Below are positions 38,672 through 50,241 of a stretch of 64,000 bases of DNA, piece after piece. The notes below the pieces were generated by a model. The model was given only the letters and a program-made list of their open reading frames with translations. It was not told where the DNA came from and did no database searches. The translations under genes were made by a program, and so were the position numbers. Every line of letters starts with the position of its first letter. The first letter of the stretch is position 1. This DNA comes from Eledone cirrhosa (Eukaryota), in contig OZ024742.1 of assembly GCA_964016885.1 (NCBI GenBank), positions 69,440,001 through 69,504,000 of the forward strand, in the 5' to 3' direction.

Positions 38672-40841
38672 TCTATCAGAGGTATCTTACTGACCTCTAC
38701 CAACAAGTTCTTAAGGGAGATACACTTATACCAGAATGGTTGACATTAGCACAAACGTTACTGGTCCCCAAGAACAAAGACACCCACTTGGCAAAAACTA
38801 CCGACCCATTGCATGCCAGAACCTGATGTATAAGATGTATACAGCCTGCCTGAACCTATTCCTCCAAGATCACTGTAAAAATAATAACATCATCACAGAT
38901 GAACAAGCAGCTGGAAAGAAAAGTGTTTGGGGATGTTCTGAACAACTCCTAATCAACAAAACTGCGATGTCGGAAGTGCGACAACTTAGGAGGAATAGAC
39001 TACAGTCTGGCTGGACTACAGGAAAGCTTTCGATTCTGTTCCCCTCTCTTGGCTGATAGAGGCCCTCCAACTTGCTAAAGTCCCAGACATTATTGTCAGG
39101 GCCATAGAGAGGCTGTCTTCTTCTTGGGCTGCTATCCTAAGGTTAAAGACAGAGAGGGAGGACTCTATTTTCAATGATAAAATAAAATATTGCAGGGTAT
39201 ATTTCAGGAGGACAGTCTCTCTGTGATATTGTTCATCTTGTCATTAAACCCCTTGTCCTTTCTGATCAAGAAATGTGAGCTCACAGGAGGACAGAAATAC
39301 GAACCTAACCCATAACTTCTTTGTGGACGATCTGAAACTCTATGCCAAGAACATGGATGGGATGAAGAAAAATCTTGACCTGGTTACAACGTTCTCAAAG
39401 GATATAGGAATGGAGTTTGGCCAAGATAAATGCTCATGCATGACTGTAAAGCGGGGAAAAACAACAACCCAAACAACTAGCAACATTGTCATCAATGGTC
39501 TAGTGTTTCACAGATACCTGCGGATAGATGAGAACATATCCTATAATGGTATCTGTAATAAAGAACGCGTAACCAGGGAATACTACACTCGATTAAGAAA
39601 GATCTGGTCATCGGAACTCTCTGCGCAAAACAAAACAGTGGCTTACAATGTGTTTGCTGTGCCTGATCTAACACCAACGTTTGGAATACTCAATTGGACG
39701 ATAGACGAAATCCAAGCAGTTGATGTTGGAACTCGAAAAATACTGAACAACACCAGAAACTACTACATCAACAGTGACATAGACCGCCTTTACTTGAAAC
39801 GTAAGCAGGGAGGCGGAGGCCTAACATCAGTCCAGACAACATTTGGATGTCGCATCATATCTCTCCTACAACATCTACAAACTTCGAAGCGTAGGAGCCC
39901 GCTACTCGAGCAAGTCTATCTGCATGAAACAGATAAGATCATGAGAGTTGGGAAGTAACTCCTAGAGAGATATTCCCTGTGTGATAATCAAAAACTCACA
40001 CCCAGGGAAGTCGCTCAGCAGTATCGCAGTGAATCCAAGGATGAAAAACTGCATGCCTATCAGCAAAAAAAATCATGCATGGATTTGTTGCCAGGAAGCA
40101 CCAGAGTGAAAGTAATATAGATAAGGAAAGTAGTCTATCTTGGACCAACAACCGCTGTATTGGCTCCCATAATAAACACATTAAAAGCTACAACAATGTG
40201 GAAAACATCCATGTATATAATATGAAAGAGTACTGGTAGAATGTTCCAGTAAAAACCCCAATAAAATGCAGGCTTAACAGACCAGATATTATGATATGGG
40301 ACAGGGAGAAGAAAACATGCACAGTAGTGGAAATTATCTGCCCATCAGATGCCAATATAATATCAAAGATTAGTGAAAAGGAGAATATTTATGCAGAACT
40401 GATGAGAAATCTGCAGATACTCCACCCTGATTACACCTTCAGATTTATGCCTGTGGGGCACTGGGATATGTTAGTAACTGCCTCAATACAAATCTTGAGA
40501 AGCTAGGCTTCACAGGAACAGAAAGAACACAACTAGTTAGGAAACTACAAGTACAATCCATTAACGGAACAGTAAAAAATATGTAAAACATTCCAAACAT
40601 TTTGCATCTAATAACTGCATATACACATGTACAGATACAAAGCATATACACATGCACACATACAACTCAAAACATACACATCCACACATACAATAACATC
40701 CATATCTACAGATGCATGCATACATACATACCTACCTAGTTGATGTTGTATAAATTCCAATGAGAGAGTCTTGTGTCTTTGTTAGAAACCGACTCTCTCT
40801 CTCTATTGGTAAAACTTTGTGAAATTATAAAACCAGAAGAA
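38670..40841 (+). mobile_element. 5'-truncated R4/Dong-type RLE LINE flanked by (ATAC)n
   Basis: NYRPIACQN, DYRKAFDSV, FVDDLKLY, DIDRLYLKRKQGGGGL, RPDIMIWD..VEIICP..EKENIY; 3' UTR stem CCAATGAGAGAGTC..GACTCTCTC..ATTGG. Confidence 0.87.
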
Positions 40842-40927
40842 CATACATACATACATACATACATACATACATACATACATACATACATACATACATACAT
40901 AAATACATATAAAATAAATCAACATAC

Positions 40928-42027
40928 AGAAAATTACATAGAGATACCATTGTAGAGAACAAACATAGTAAAGGTTGTCGAAATTATTGCAAATGAGGAT
41001 ACAATATATTTTTCATAAGAGTCCACATCCTGAAATATGACGTTATCAGTATACTGATACTGCTGAGTGTAAATAAAAACAGAGTGACTAAATAGCTGGA
41101 GAAATGTTTGTTGACTTGATCCAGTAGCTCCATTATCTCTTCGTATTTCTTCTGTAGATGAATCAGTTTGCTATTAATGTCAGTTGCTTGTTGTTTGACA
41201 TCTAGCAGCTTCAGTTGCTGGGTGAGTACATACAACTCTGAACGTATTATTTTCAGGAAGATATAAAGAAATATTTTGTTGATGAGTTGTACCAAAACGA
41301 TAAAATAGTTTAATAGCTTGAAGTTTAGAATATCTAGAGCTTCGTTCCTCCATATTGGAAATGCTATTATTGTGTTCATATTAGTTGTTTCTAATTGAAT
41401 TTTAATTAGTATTATGTTAAATATTAGAGACAGGATTAATACGGAACCTAAAACCACTAACGAAATTTTAATGACCACTTTCAATTTCCTGAAATAATCT
41501 TGGTCCACAAAAACATAAGCCATAAATGTTTCTATTAATCCTCTTCCAAACATGATGTTGAACATGACCTTTATAATACTCTCAAAAGTGTGCATGCGAT
41601 AGAAAATGAGGGAGGTTATGAAGTTGATTAATTCCCCCCTGCTGACTGCTTTGTCTAGCATCGTAGATAACCGCCACATATTCCAAACTAAATACAGTAA
41701 AACAATACCGTTAAAAAGTTTTAATAAATTCTGCTGGCGTTTGTTGAGGTAATCTGAAGGGTACATTTCTTGACCGCTGAGTGCTTTGAAATGTAGTAAA
41801 GGTTTAAAAGTCTCCATCAAAATTTCTTTACTTGAATCATGTGTCAGTCGGCAGTGTTCAATGCTGATGGATGTGCTATAACTAGATAAATCAAAACTGG
41901 AGATGACAGAGGAAGTATGACGCTGAGTGTGTGAATGACTAATCCATAGTTCGTTTTCTGGCGTGACTGATACTTTCAGTTTGGGGAAAAGTTTGTTGAT
42001 CATCTTGCTACTTCTCTTAGGTGACAT
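40928..42027 (-). pseudogene. GRL2: paralog of GRL1 exon 1, disabled
   Basis: Shares SKEILMETFKPL, SGQEM, QDYFRKLK, PIWRN, LQKKYEEIMELLD. A 1-nt deletion near 41043 and TAA at 40934-40936. Same phase-0 donor TCT|GTATGT. Confidence 0.87.
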
Positions 42028-42600
42028 CAGGTAAATAGGTTTCAATATTTGTATGGTGCCTAAACTTATAGTTGTTATTGTGCCAGTGGCGGTAATGATA
42101 TAGCTGTGGTGATGATGCTATGGAGGGAGACTGTTGCTTTTGTGATGTGTTGTGGTTCTGCCGATAAAATATTTAAGAATTGTTGTATAAGCAAACATTT
42201 ACATCCTGAGTATCTGTATGTTTTTATAACTATCAACCACTGTATTCAGTGACATCCTGATTTATACACATGAAATATTGAAATATCATTATACAGAAAT
42301 CCAATATCACGAAACTATTATTGATCTGTGTTTCATTGATGATGAGATTAGTTATCAATGAGGAGAGAAGGTGATGCTGTTTTGATTCTTTCTTGTAAGA
42401 GGCTTCATTTCCTTCAATTGTCTTAATAACTGTGGACAAACATAAACAACTCATGTTTTTAATCTCTTCACTCAGTAAATACGTCATTACACATGAATGG
42501 TAATTTCTTAGTGATTCTCTTTTTAAACAAAAATCCTTGCGAAGACTTAACTCAAAGCTTGATAGACTGAGCCATCACAAACAATCATAACTAAAATAAT

Positions 42601-42790
42601 AATTGTTTCTACCTTTGGCACAAGGCCAGCAATTATCCCAGTGTATTACTTCTACTTTATTTTATCGACCCCGTAAGGATGAAAGCAAAGTTAATTTCGG
42701 CGGGATTTGAAATCGGAACATAAAGGGCCATAACTCTTTGCTGCAAAGCATGGCGTCCGACACTCTACCGATACTGCCAATCCACCACCC
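42601..42790 (-). mobile_element. Full-length SINE
   Basis: Head GGTGGTGGATTGGCAGTATCGG; flanked by TAACTAAAATAATAAT direct repeats. Confidence 0.87.
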
Positions 42791-42804
42791 TAACTAAAAT
42801 AATA

Positions 42805-42903
42805 ATTGTTTCTACTTTTGGCACAAGGCCAGCAATTACCCAGTGAATTACTGGTACTTTATGTTATCGACCCCGTAAGGATGAAAGGCAAAGTTAACCT
42901 CGA
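42805..42903 (-). mobile_element. 5'-truncated SINE capped by telomere-like repeats
   Basis: SINE 3' half followed on the + strand by CCCTAACCCTAACCTTAACCCTAA. Confidence 0.85.
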
Positions 42904-43118
42904 CCCTAACCCTAACCTTAACCCTAACTAAAATAATAATGGAAATAGATAAGATGACTTTATCCCTTCAGAAGATCTAATCGATTCATTGATTAAAGGA
43001 GATTGTCGATCGGGTAAATCCTTTCCTAAATCTTTCTTTAATCTAAAGCATACTGAGAAGCTGTTATAATCTATTGTCAGGTGATTTTATAAATATGTAT
43101 ATATATATTATTTATTTA

Positions 43119-43300
43119 GTGGATTGGCAGTATCGGTAGAGGGTCGGACGCCATGCTTTCCAGCATAGTTACGTCCCTTTACGATCTGAGTTCAAATCCC
43201 GCCGAGGTTCACTTTGCCTTTCATCCTTACGGGGTCGATAAAATAAAGTACCAGTAATGCACTGGGTAATTGCTGGCCTTGTGCCTAAAGTAGAAACAAT
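43119..43300 (+). mobile_element. Full-length tRNA-derived SINE (Nin/Deu-like body, tentative)
   Basis: A-box TGGCAGTATCGG, B-box GAGTTCAAATCC, body TTGCCTTTCATCCTTACGGGGTCGATAAAATAAAGTACCAG, ATTATTTATTTA direct repeats. Confidence 0.88.
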
Positions 43301-43489
43301 TATTTATTTATTTATATACACATATAGTATAAACAAAATTTCATATACTTAATATGTATGTGCGACCAATGGTTTCGGAAACCAGTTATAGCCACCACTG
43401 TAAATTGGAGGAGACACTTTTAAACTGGCCCTTCATTCGAGCACATGGACAAGTATATGAAATGGGAAGTACTTTTTCCGGGCGAATTT

Positions 43490-44560
43490 TCCTCCAAATC
43501 GTGAAGATCTTTACAGTTGAAATAGGGGAGGTAAATCTGACTTGAAACCTGTCTGTAGAGTAAGTTTTCAATTTGAACGCTGCCATCCCCATCACCACAA
43601 CGCCGGCAAGCAAATCCAACACCACTAACACCACCACTGCCCCCAAAACAACAACAGCTGAAACAAAAATCAAAATTAAAACCAACACAGACTACCACAA
43701 AAGATAAGAACATAGACAAAGATAACAGTAACAAGAACATGAACAACAATAACGGCCATACCACCAACAATGCAACAATAAATATAACAGAAGCAAACAA
43801 TAGAAATAACATTAACGCAAACAAGAACAACAACGCAAATGACAACAGCAATAACATGATCAAAAATAACAACAACAGTAACAGCAGCAACGATAAGAAT
43901 TAGAATATCAGTAGCAACATCAGCGCAAGATCAAACGTCTCTTTTGCGAGAGCTGTAAAAAGAAAATGAAACGGTCACAGTGACCCACGAGGAAATGGAT
44001 GAAGCCAGACAAATAGTAAAAAAAAATGGTCACAGGGTCAGCCTCACTCCTCCATCAGACATCATGGAACACCGACGGCTATTTACAGTATCATAACGAA
44101 CAATTAGCAAAAAACATGCCTGGTGGAGCGGACCTCGGAGTCACAGATACAAATGGCTCTGGGAGCCGTGTAGGCTTAAAAAAACCCACACCACTAGTGG
44201 AAGAAGATATGGAACCGTGGACATGTTCTTTACCACCCCACAGGAAGCCTTCGAATACTCCATGACACCACTAAAGCGTGATGAGGCACTCTGGTCCCAA
44301 GCTCACTCTGGTCCCAAGCTACTGCAGCCAAAGTCTCGCAAGAGAGCGAGTGACTCAAGTTCCGCCCGCAGTACTCATTGCCTGACACCAGAATCCCGCA
44401 GATAATCAAAATCAAATAGGAGAACTGGCCCGGATTAGGAATGGAGCTTCTGATCCAAACGAACCAGAAAAATATTGAAAAAATCCCGGATGTCATAGAC
44501 CTTGATGACGGCAGCCACCTCACGGTGACCATCAAGGGTAGCAGCTCAAGGTGTAACGTG
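43490..44560 (+). mobile_element. Degenerate Tx1-type ORF1 fragment
   Basis: SFARA, HRVSLTPPSDIMEHRRL, GMELLIQTNQKNIEKIPDVIDLDDGSHLTVTIKG. Confidence 0.82.
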
Positions 44561-44579
44561 TATGCGAAATGGTCATATT

Positions 44580-46965
44580 TTTTGAGACGTCAATGCACAT
44601 GTTGGCACTGATCCCCTAACTTGGAAAGGACTGTTTGAAAGGAACGGCAACCCCAATCTATATACGAATGGAGAGGCCTTATTAGACTTCTGTTCTTGCG
44701 ATGGACACTCTATTATGAACACTTTCTTCTTGCACATAGATAGTTATCCATAAATAGGAATGGTATAAAGGGAATCAGGCATAGAGATCAATAATTGATT
44801 TTGTTATTGTCTCAGATCTCCTTGATTCTATGCTGGATGTTCGTGTTAAAAGAGGGGCTGAGGTGTCAACTGATCACCATCTAGTAACCTGCAACTTGAG
44901 ACTACCTAAAGCCAAAGAAACCCACAAAACTGGCAAGTCCCGGGTGACCTCCAGGATATCATCGGATGTTGTTGGTGGATGAAGAAGTCAGGACCAGGTA
45001 TGCAGATACTATTGCATCCAAATTCAGAAAATGCGCTGAGCAAACTGAGGATGTTGAAACAGAGTGGAGATTGTTCAGCTCGGTAGTTTCTGCTTGAGCT
45101 GTTAAATGTTGCGGGCGAATGAGGTTTGGTATGGCGCCGGATGACAGGGGGACCCCTTCGTTCAAGAAAGAAGTCATAGAAGGAGGCCTACAAATCTTGG
45201 CTTGGAAATAAGTCCTCCTTCATGCAATTGTGGTACAAGCAGGCACGAAGAGTCAGTAAAGGCCTCCAAAGGTGAGACATAAAAGGATTTTGGTGTTAAG
45301 CTGGAATCGGATATCGGATTAACGAATAAAGTGTTCTGGCAGATCATCCACCGACTTCTTAATAAGAAGTTCTCCTCCACACCTGCTATCAGGAAAACGT
45401 CTGGGATACTCTTTTCAGAAAAATGCATCCTCACGAGGTGGAAAGAATACTTTGCTGATCTCCTAAACCCGATCACAACAGCATCTTCTGGTGTACATAA
45501 GGGGCATACGAGAGCGGAGACAAATCTCTCGGAGACTGAAATCACAAAAGCAGTTGTAGAGCTCAAATGTGCCAAGGCCGCTGGGGAAGATGAAATCCGG
45601 CCCGAGAATTTAGAAGCCTTAAATAGAGAAGGTATTCTCTAGCCGAATCCTGTGTGCCTTGCAGCTTGTATCTCTGGAAATGTACCTAAGCAATGACAAT
45701 CGGGAATGATAATCCCAATTTTGAAAAGTGGAGACGAGAGAGATTGTTCCAATTACAGAGGGATCTCAATGCTAAGACTCCCGGGTAAAATGTGTGCCAT
45801 GTGTCTGAAAAGAAATTGTTCTTCGTGACCTGCTTTGGGAGGTTTTGCAGGAGTGTCGGATCGATGGTCAGCTTCTTGCTGCCCTGATGCCTCTATACGA
45901 ATGCCATAATAATGGAGCTAAATCACAATCATTTAATGTGGGAGTCGGAAACTTTTCCAAGGGTGCATACTGTTACCTCTCTAGTTCATTATTTTCATGA
46001 ACTGGATTGACATGTGTAGCCGGGTTGGAAGTGATGCCACAACTGCCAGGTAGAAAATCAGTTGGCAGGAATTTGCAGACGATATGCTGTTACTTAAACT
46101 CGTCAGAAGGTGATCTCCGACTAGATAGGTTTGAAGCCAAGTGCTTGCATGGCTGGAATGGAAATCAGTGCTGCGAAAATGAGACACTTGTCCCCCAAGG
46201 AAGCCTGTGCAGTACACTCTCCATGTGAATGGAGTTCCACTGAAGAAGGTGGAGAAGTTCAAATATCTCGTGGCCATGATGGGAGGCTAGAGGCTAAATT
46301 AAGTGCAAAATTGCTGTAACCTGTAATCAGAAGAAAGTATGTAGGTGTAAAAGCCAAACTCGTTATCTTCAATTCGTTATTCGTGCCAACCCATATCTAT
46401 TGTCATGAATCATGTAATGACCGAAAGAATACGATCGCGAATACAAGCGGCTGAAATGGTATACTTCCGAAGGTCATTGTAGTAAGGTTACTCGATAGAT
46501 TGCGTAGCTCGGAGATCAGAGAGTCACTCTAGGTAGAGCCACTACTTCCCCAAATTGAAAGTTCACAGCTCTAATAATATAAGCATGTGGTTAGATTGTC
46601 TCAGGAAAGAATCACTGAACAGATTTTAAGTGTGTAAAATTAGCTGGCAGGAGACCCTGGAGTAGACCCCGAGCAAGATGGTTGGATAACATCGATGAGT
46701 TGGTGGGTCTCACTTGGTGTTCCAGCCGGATCAGTTAGAGATGGATGCTTCTGACAGGAGTGCTTGAAGACTCTACCTCCTCGACACTCTCAAGAATAAC
46801 TGGACGAAGAAGAAGAAGAAGAAGAAGAAGAAGAAGAAGAAGAAGAAGAAGAAGAAGAAGAAGAAGAAGAAGAAGAAGAAGAAGAAGAAGAAGAAGAAGA
46901 AGAAGAAGAAGAAGAAGAAGAAGAAGAAGAAGAAGAAGAAGAAGAAGAAGAAGAAGAAGAAGAAG
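44580..46965 (+). mobile_element. Degenerate RTE-clade LINE with long (GAA)n tail
   Basis: NGEALLDFC..IMNTFF, STDHHLV, KAAGEDEIRPE, CSNYRGISMLRLPGK, FADD. (GAA)n at 46806-46965. Same family as 25990-27909. Confidence 0.88.
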
Positions 46966-49390
46966 ACATGGACAACTATACTAGCAATGGCAATAATAAC
47001 AATAATAACACATTCACAGCTGCAAACGCAGCTGAATTAGTCAACATGGACTTACAAAAAGGATGATAATTTCGTACAAGCGATCAGACTAATTAAGCGG
47101 CAAAACATAAGTGCCAAAATAACCGCCCCGCCCGAGGTGTTGCGGCAAGAAAAACGACCCTAAGGGAGATACTAATTCCTATAAAAAGGAAACTGCAAGA
47201 AGTGGTGTCACAAAGTGAGTACCAAAGCGCACAGGAGGATATTATACCGATTCTAGGGCACATAGCTGGAGTAATGCAATACGCGGGCATTTCAGAAAGG
47301 CAAATCTCAGACCGTTAGGTATTCTGTGGTCCCCATTCGGACAGACCAATTTTTACCATTCCTTTCGTACAACGGAGGAAGAACAGTAAGGATCAAGATC
47401 ACGGGTATCCCATCAAGATTGGACTTCTGGTGTATTCTGACCTGTGTAGACGAGAAGGTAGTGACATGTTTGTGCGGAGAGACAAGCCACCAGAGAGTGT
47501 TTTGCTCTCCACAGAAGACGGAAAACCACAGGGTACCCTTGCTGCAACACCAGGACCCGAAAGTCACAACAATTCCAACAGGGAACAACAATAGCGAAAG
47601 CAACGTTGGTACCAGCAGCAACATCAACAGCAACATCAACAGCAACATCATCAGGTTCAGCAGCTATACCAACAGCAAAATCAACAAGTGCAGCAGCAGA
47701 AGCAGCTATACCAGAAACAAGAGCAACACCAACATCACCTCAACTGTAGCAGCATAAACACTACCACAACTACCAACAACAGACAACGTGAAAAACACTC
47801 AAATTGTCATCTATCTCCGCCTCTCTTTCTCACTTCCTTCTCTCAACATAAACACACATAGACATTCATACAAACACACTCTCACCCATATCCTGGACAT
47901 ATCCCGCAGACACCGGTACCTCATTACTCGATGTGAATATGAGAGTAAACCCCAAAATCTCCAAAAAGAAACACAAAAATGTTTTTGCCTCATACAAAAA
48001 CACACTCCACAAAACAGAAAATATATATAACAAACACACACACATCTACAACAACAAACCCACAAACCCCATTACCATCAAAGCAACCATCGCTACCACC
48101 ACCAGCACTAATAAAATTAACCATAAAAAGAAAAGAAAACAAAAACACAACACAAAAACAAGCAACCACAGAGACACCAAAATTCATGCTAGTGAGGAAG
48201 CTTAACGAAAAATTGATAGCCCTCATAGCACGAAGTAAAGATAATAAGATTTTCGGCAAAGGCATGTTTAAAGTGCCACAAAATTTCAAGACTGTGTGCA
48301 TGTCTCTTGAAACTTACAAAAACATTATTGGGAGCTTCCCCCACTACGAAGTAAACCCTAATGCAAAAGCAACGGGTAAAATTTCAAGGGAACTTTTAAA
48401 TGTGGAAGCCATCAGCGCGACGAGGATTTCTGACGCGCGCACCCTTAGTCGACCTAGAATGGGAGCGGTGTGTAAGTTATGTTTAAGAAAGACCTTGATT
48501 TCGAGGTACGGATAATCTTTTTTAAGCCGAACGACAAGTTGGTGGTCCTGGATACGAGCAACTGCGAAGATGTTGTATATCGACTGTGCCCCTAGTGGGG
48601 TACGACGGTCGGAATCTTCAGACGTTTGGAAGACTTTCTAGGAACGCCACGCCTTTTACTGTTAGCGGGGGACTAGAACGGCATCTTAGACGCACGCTGT
48701 GTCTGTGTAGGGGAAGCTAATAGAAGAGGGGTGAAACAAAAGCCTCAAGAATCTGATCAGCCAGTTCCAACTGTCTGACAGGTACCGACTAGATTCTTCG
48801 CCAATGTGAACCTGGTCCAATCGTATAAAGTCATCTAGATCGTATTTAGACAGGTTTTTAATTAGTTGGTATCCACAATTTCAGACCACAAGTTCGTGTC
48901 CCAGTTACAGGAAGCTTTATACTTCATTCCAGGCACTAAAGCCTACAGAGACCGGATTACCATATTGATTAAGTACTGGTTGACAGGGGCAGTTGTCAAC
49001 AACAGGTTCTCAAGAGAACAATTAGAGTAGAAGATTTAGTAAGCAAGTGGCAATAGAAACAAATAGAACGGAAGTGGAGTTAGTAGCTAAATTAGAAGAG
49101 GCGATTAGGATTGGCATTGTAACCACGGGCTAGCTGCAGGAATGGCCCTAGACCATTTCATCAAAGCAAAACATGAAGGTTGCATAGTGAAATATATGGT
49201 GCCTGTTAGAGGAAACAAAGGAATGAAAGCTGTTCTATGGGCCCGAGTGTCAGAGACGCAATGTTGTAGCATAGCCACATTTCGGTCTTTGACAAATCTG
49301 GACGAGAGCGTGTTGTTCGATTCCAGACAGATGTGTGCAGCATTTCATCAGTACCTTTTACAACTGATCAGTGCAAGCGGTCGGAGACGG
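46966..49390 (+). mobile_element. Highly degenerate Tx1-type LINE (divergent ORF1 + endonuclease region)
   Basis: CLCGETSHQRVFC knuckle remnant, NVEAISATRISDA, SSRSYLDR, ALDHFIKAKHEGCIV. Confidence 0.75.
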
Positions 49391-49750
49391 TAGCGTATTA
49401 CAGTTTCTCCCTTAACGGCTTTTCGCAGCATTCCGCATCAGTCGTCTTTGACACTCGGGCCCATAGAACAGCTTTCATTCCTTTGTTTCCTCTAACAGGC
49501 ACCATATATCTCACTATGCAACCTTCATGTTTTGCTTTGATGAAATGGTCTAGGGCCATTCCCGCAGCTAGCCCGTGGTTACAATGCCACTCCTAATCGC
49601 CTCTTCTAATTTAGCTACTAACTCCACTTCCGTTCTATTTGTTCCTATCGCCACTTCCTTACTAAATGTTCTATTCTAATTGTTCTCTTGAGAACTTCCC
49701 ATCACCTGTTGTTGACAACTGCCTCTGTCAACCAGTATTTAATCAATATA
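48961..49750. repeat. About 300-bp inverted duplication of LINE sequence
   Basis: 48961-49258 recurs as a near-identical reverse complement at about 49443-49750. Confidence 0.9.
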
Positions 49751-49860
49751 TGGGGCGTAGTAACGCTGTTGAGGAAGACGAGAACAAGGGGACGTTATAA
49801 ATAATTTCCAGCCCATAACTCTACTCAACACAGTTTAACCTTTTGGTTAAGGTGCTTCAC

Positions 49861-49909
<49 letters not shown>

Positions 49910-49989
49910 TGTGCTTTTGTGTGTGTCTGTGTGTTTGTGTATGTGCGATTATGTGTATGCGTATATGTGTGTATACCTGACGTTGTGAC

Positions 49990-50236
49990 CTCCGATACTT
50001 ATCAACTCCAGATATGAATACGAACAGAAGAGCTACAGCAATACAACTTAAATGTTTCTCTATTAATTTTCTTCCCAGCATAATATTGAAGATCTTCATA
50101 ATATGCTTCAAAACTTCCACATGATAGAAGAGCAAGAACGTTAGATGATCAATTTCTGTGTATTTCGCCCTATCATCGAATGTAGCCGTAATAGATTTAA
50201 AACAAGAAATATTTAAAAACTTTAAATAAATCCTGT
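49990..50236 (-). pseudogene. GRL3: fragment of a third GRL first exon
   Basis: QDLFKVFKY..NLLRL..LFYHVEVLKHIMKIFNIMLGRKLIEK aligns to GRL1 QKLFKVFQ..NLMRL..FFYFVEILNHGMKFIINNVFGRRLIKK. Cut off by LINE copy B. Confidence 0.75.
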
Positions 50237-50241
50237 TTAAA

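Noticed and set aside
43119-43205. tRNA gene
   Set aside because: A and B boxes are present but I see no cloverleaf, and it continues into the SINE body found in many copies.
46745-46984. Poly-Arg, poly-Ser and poly-Lys ORFs (also 27643-28051)
   Set aside because: These are (GAA)n tails of RTE LINEs.
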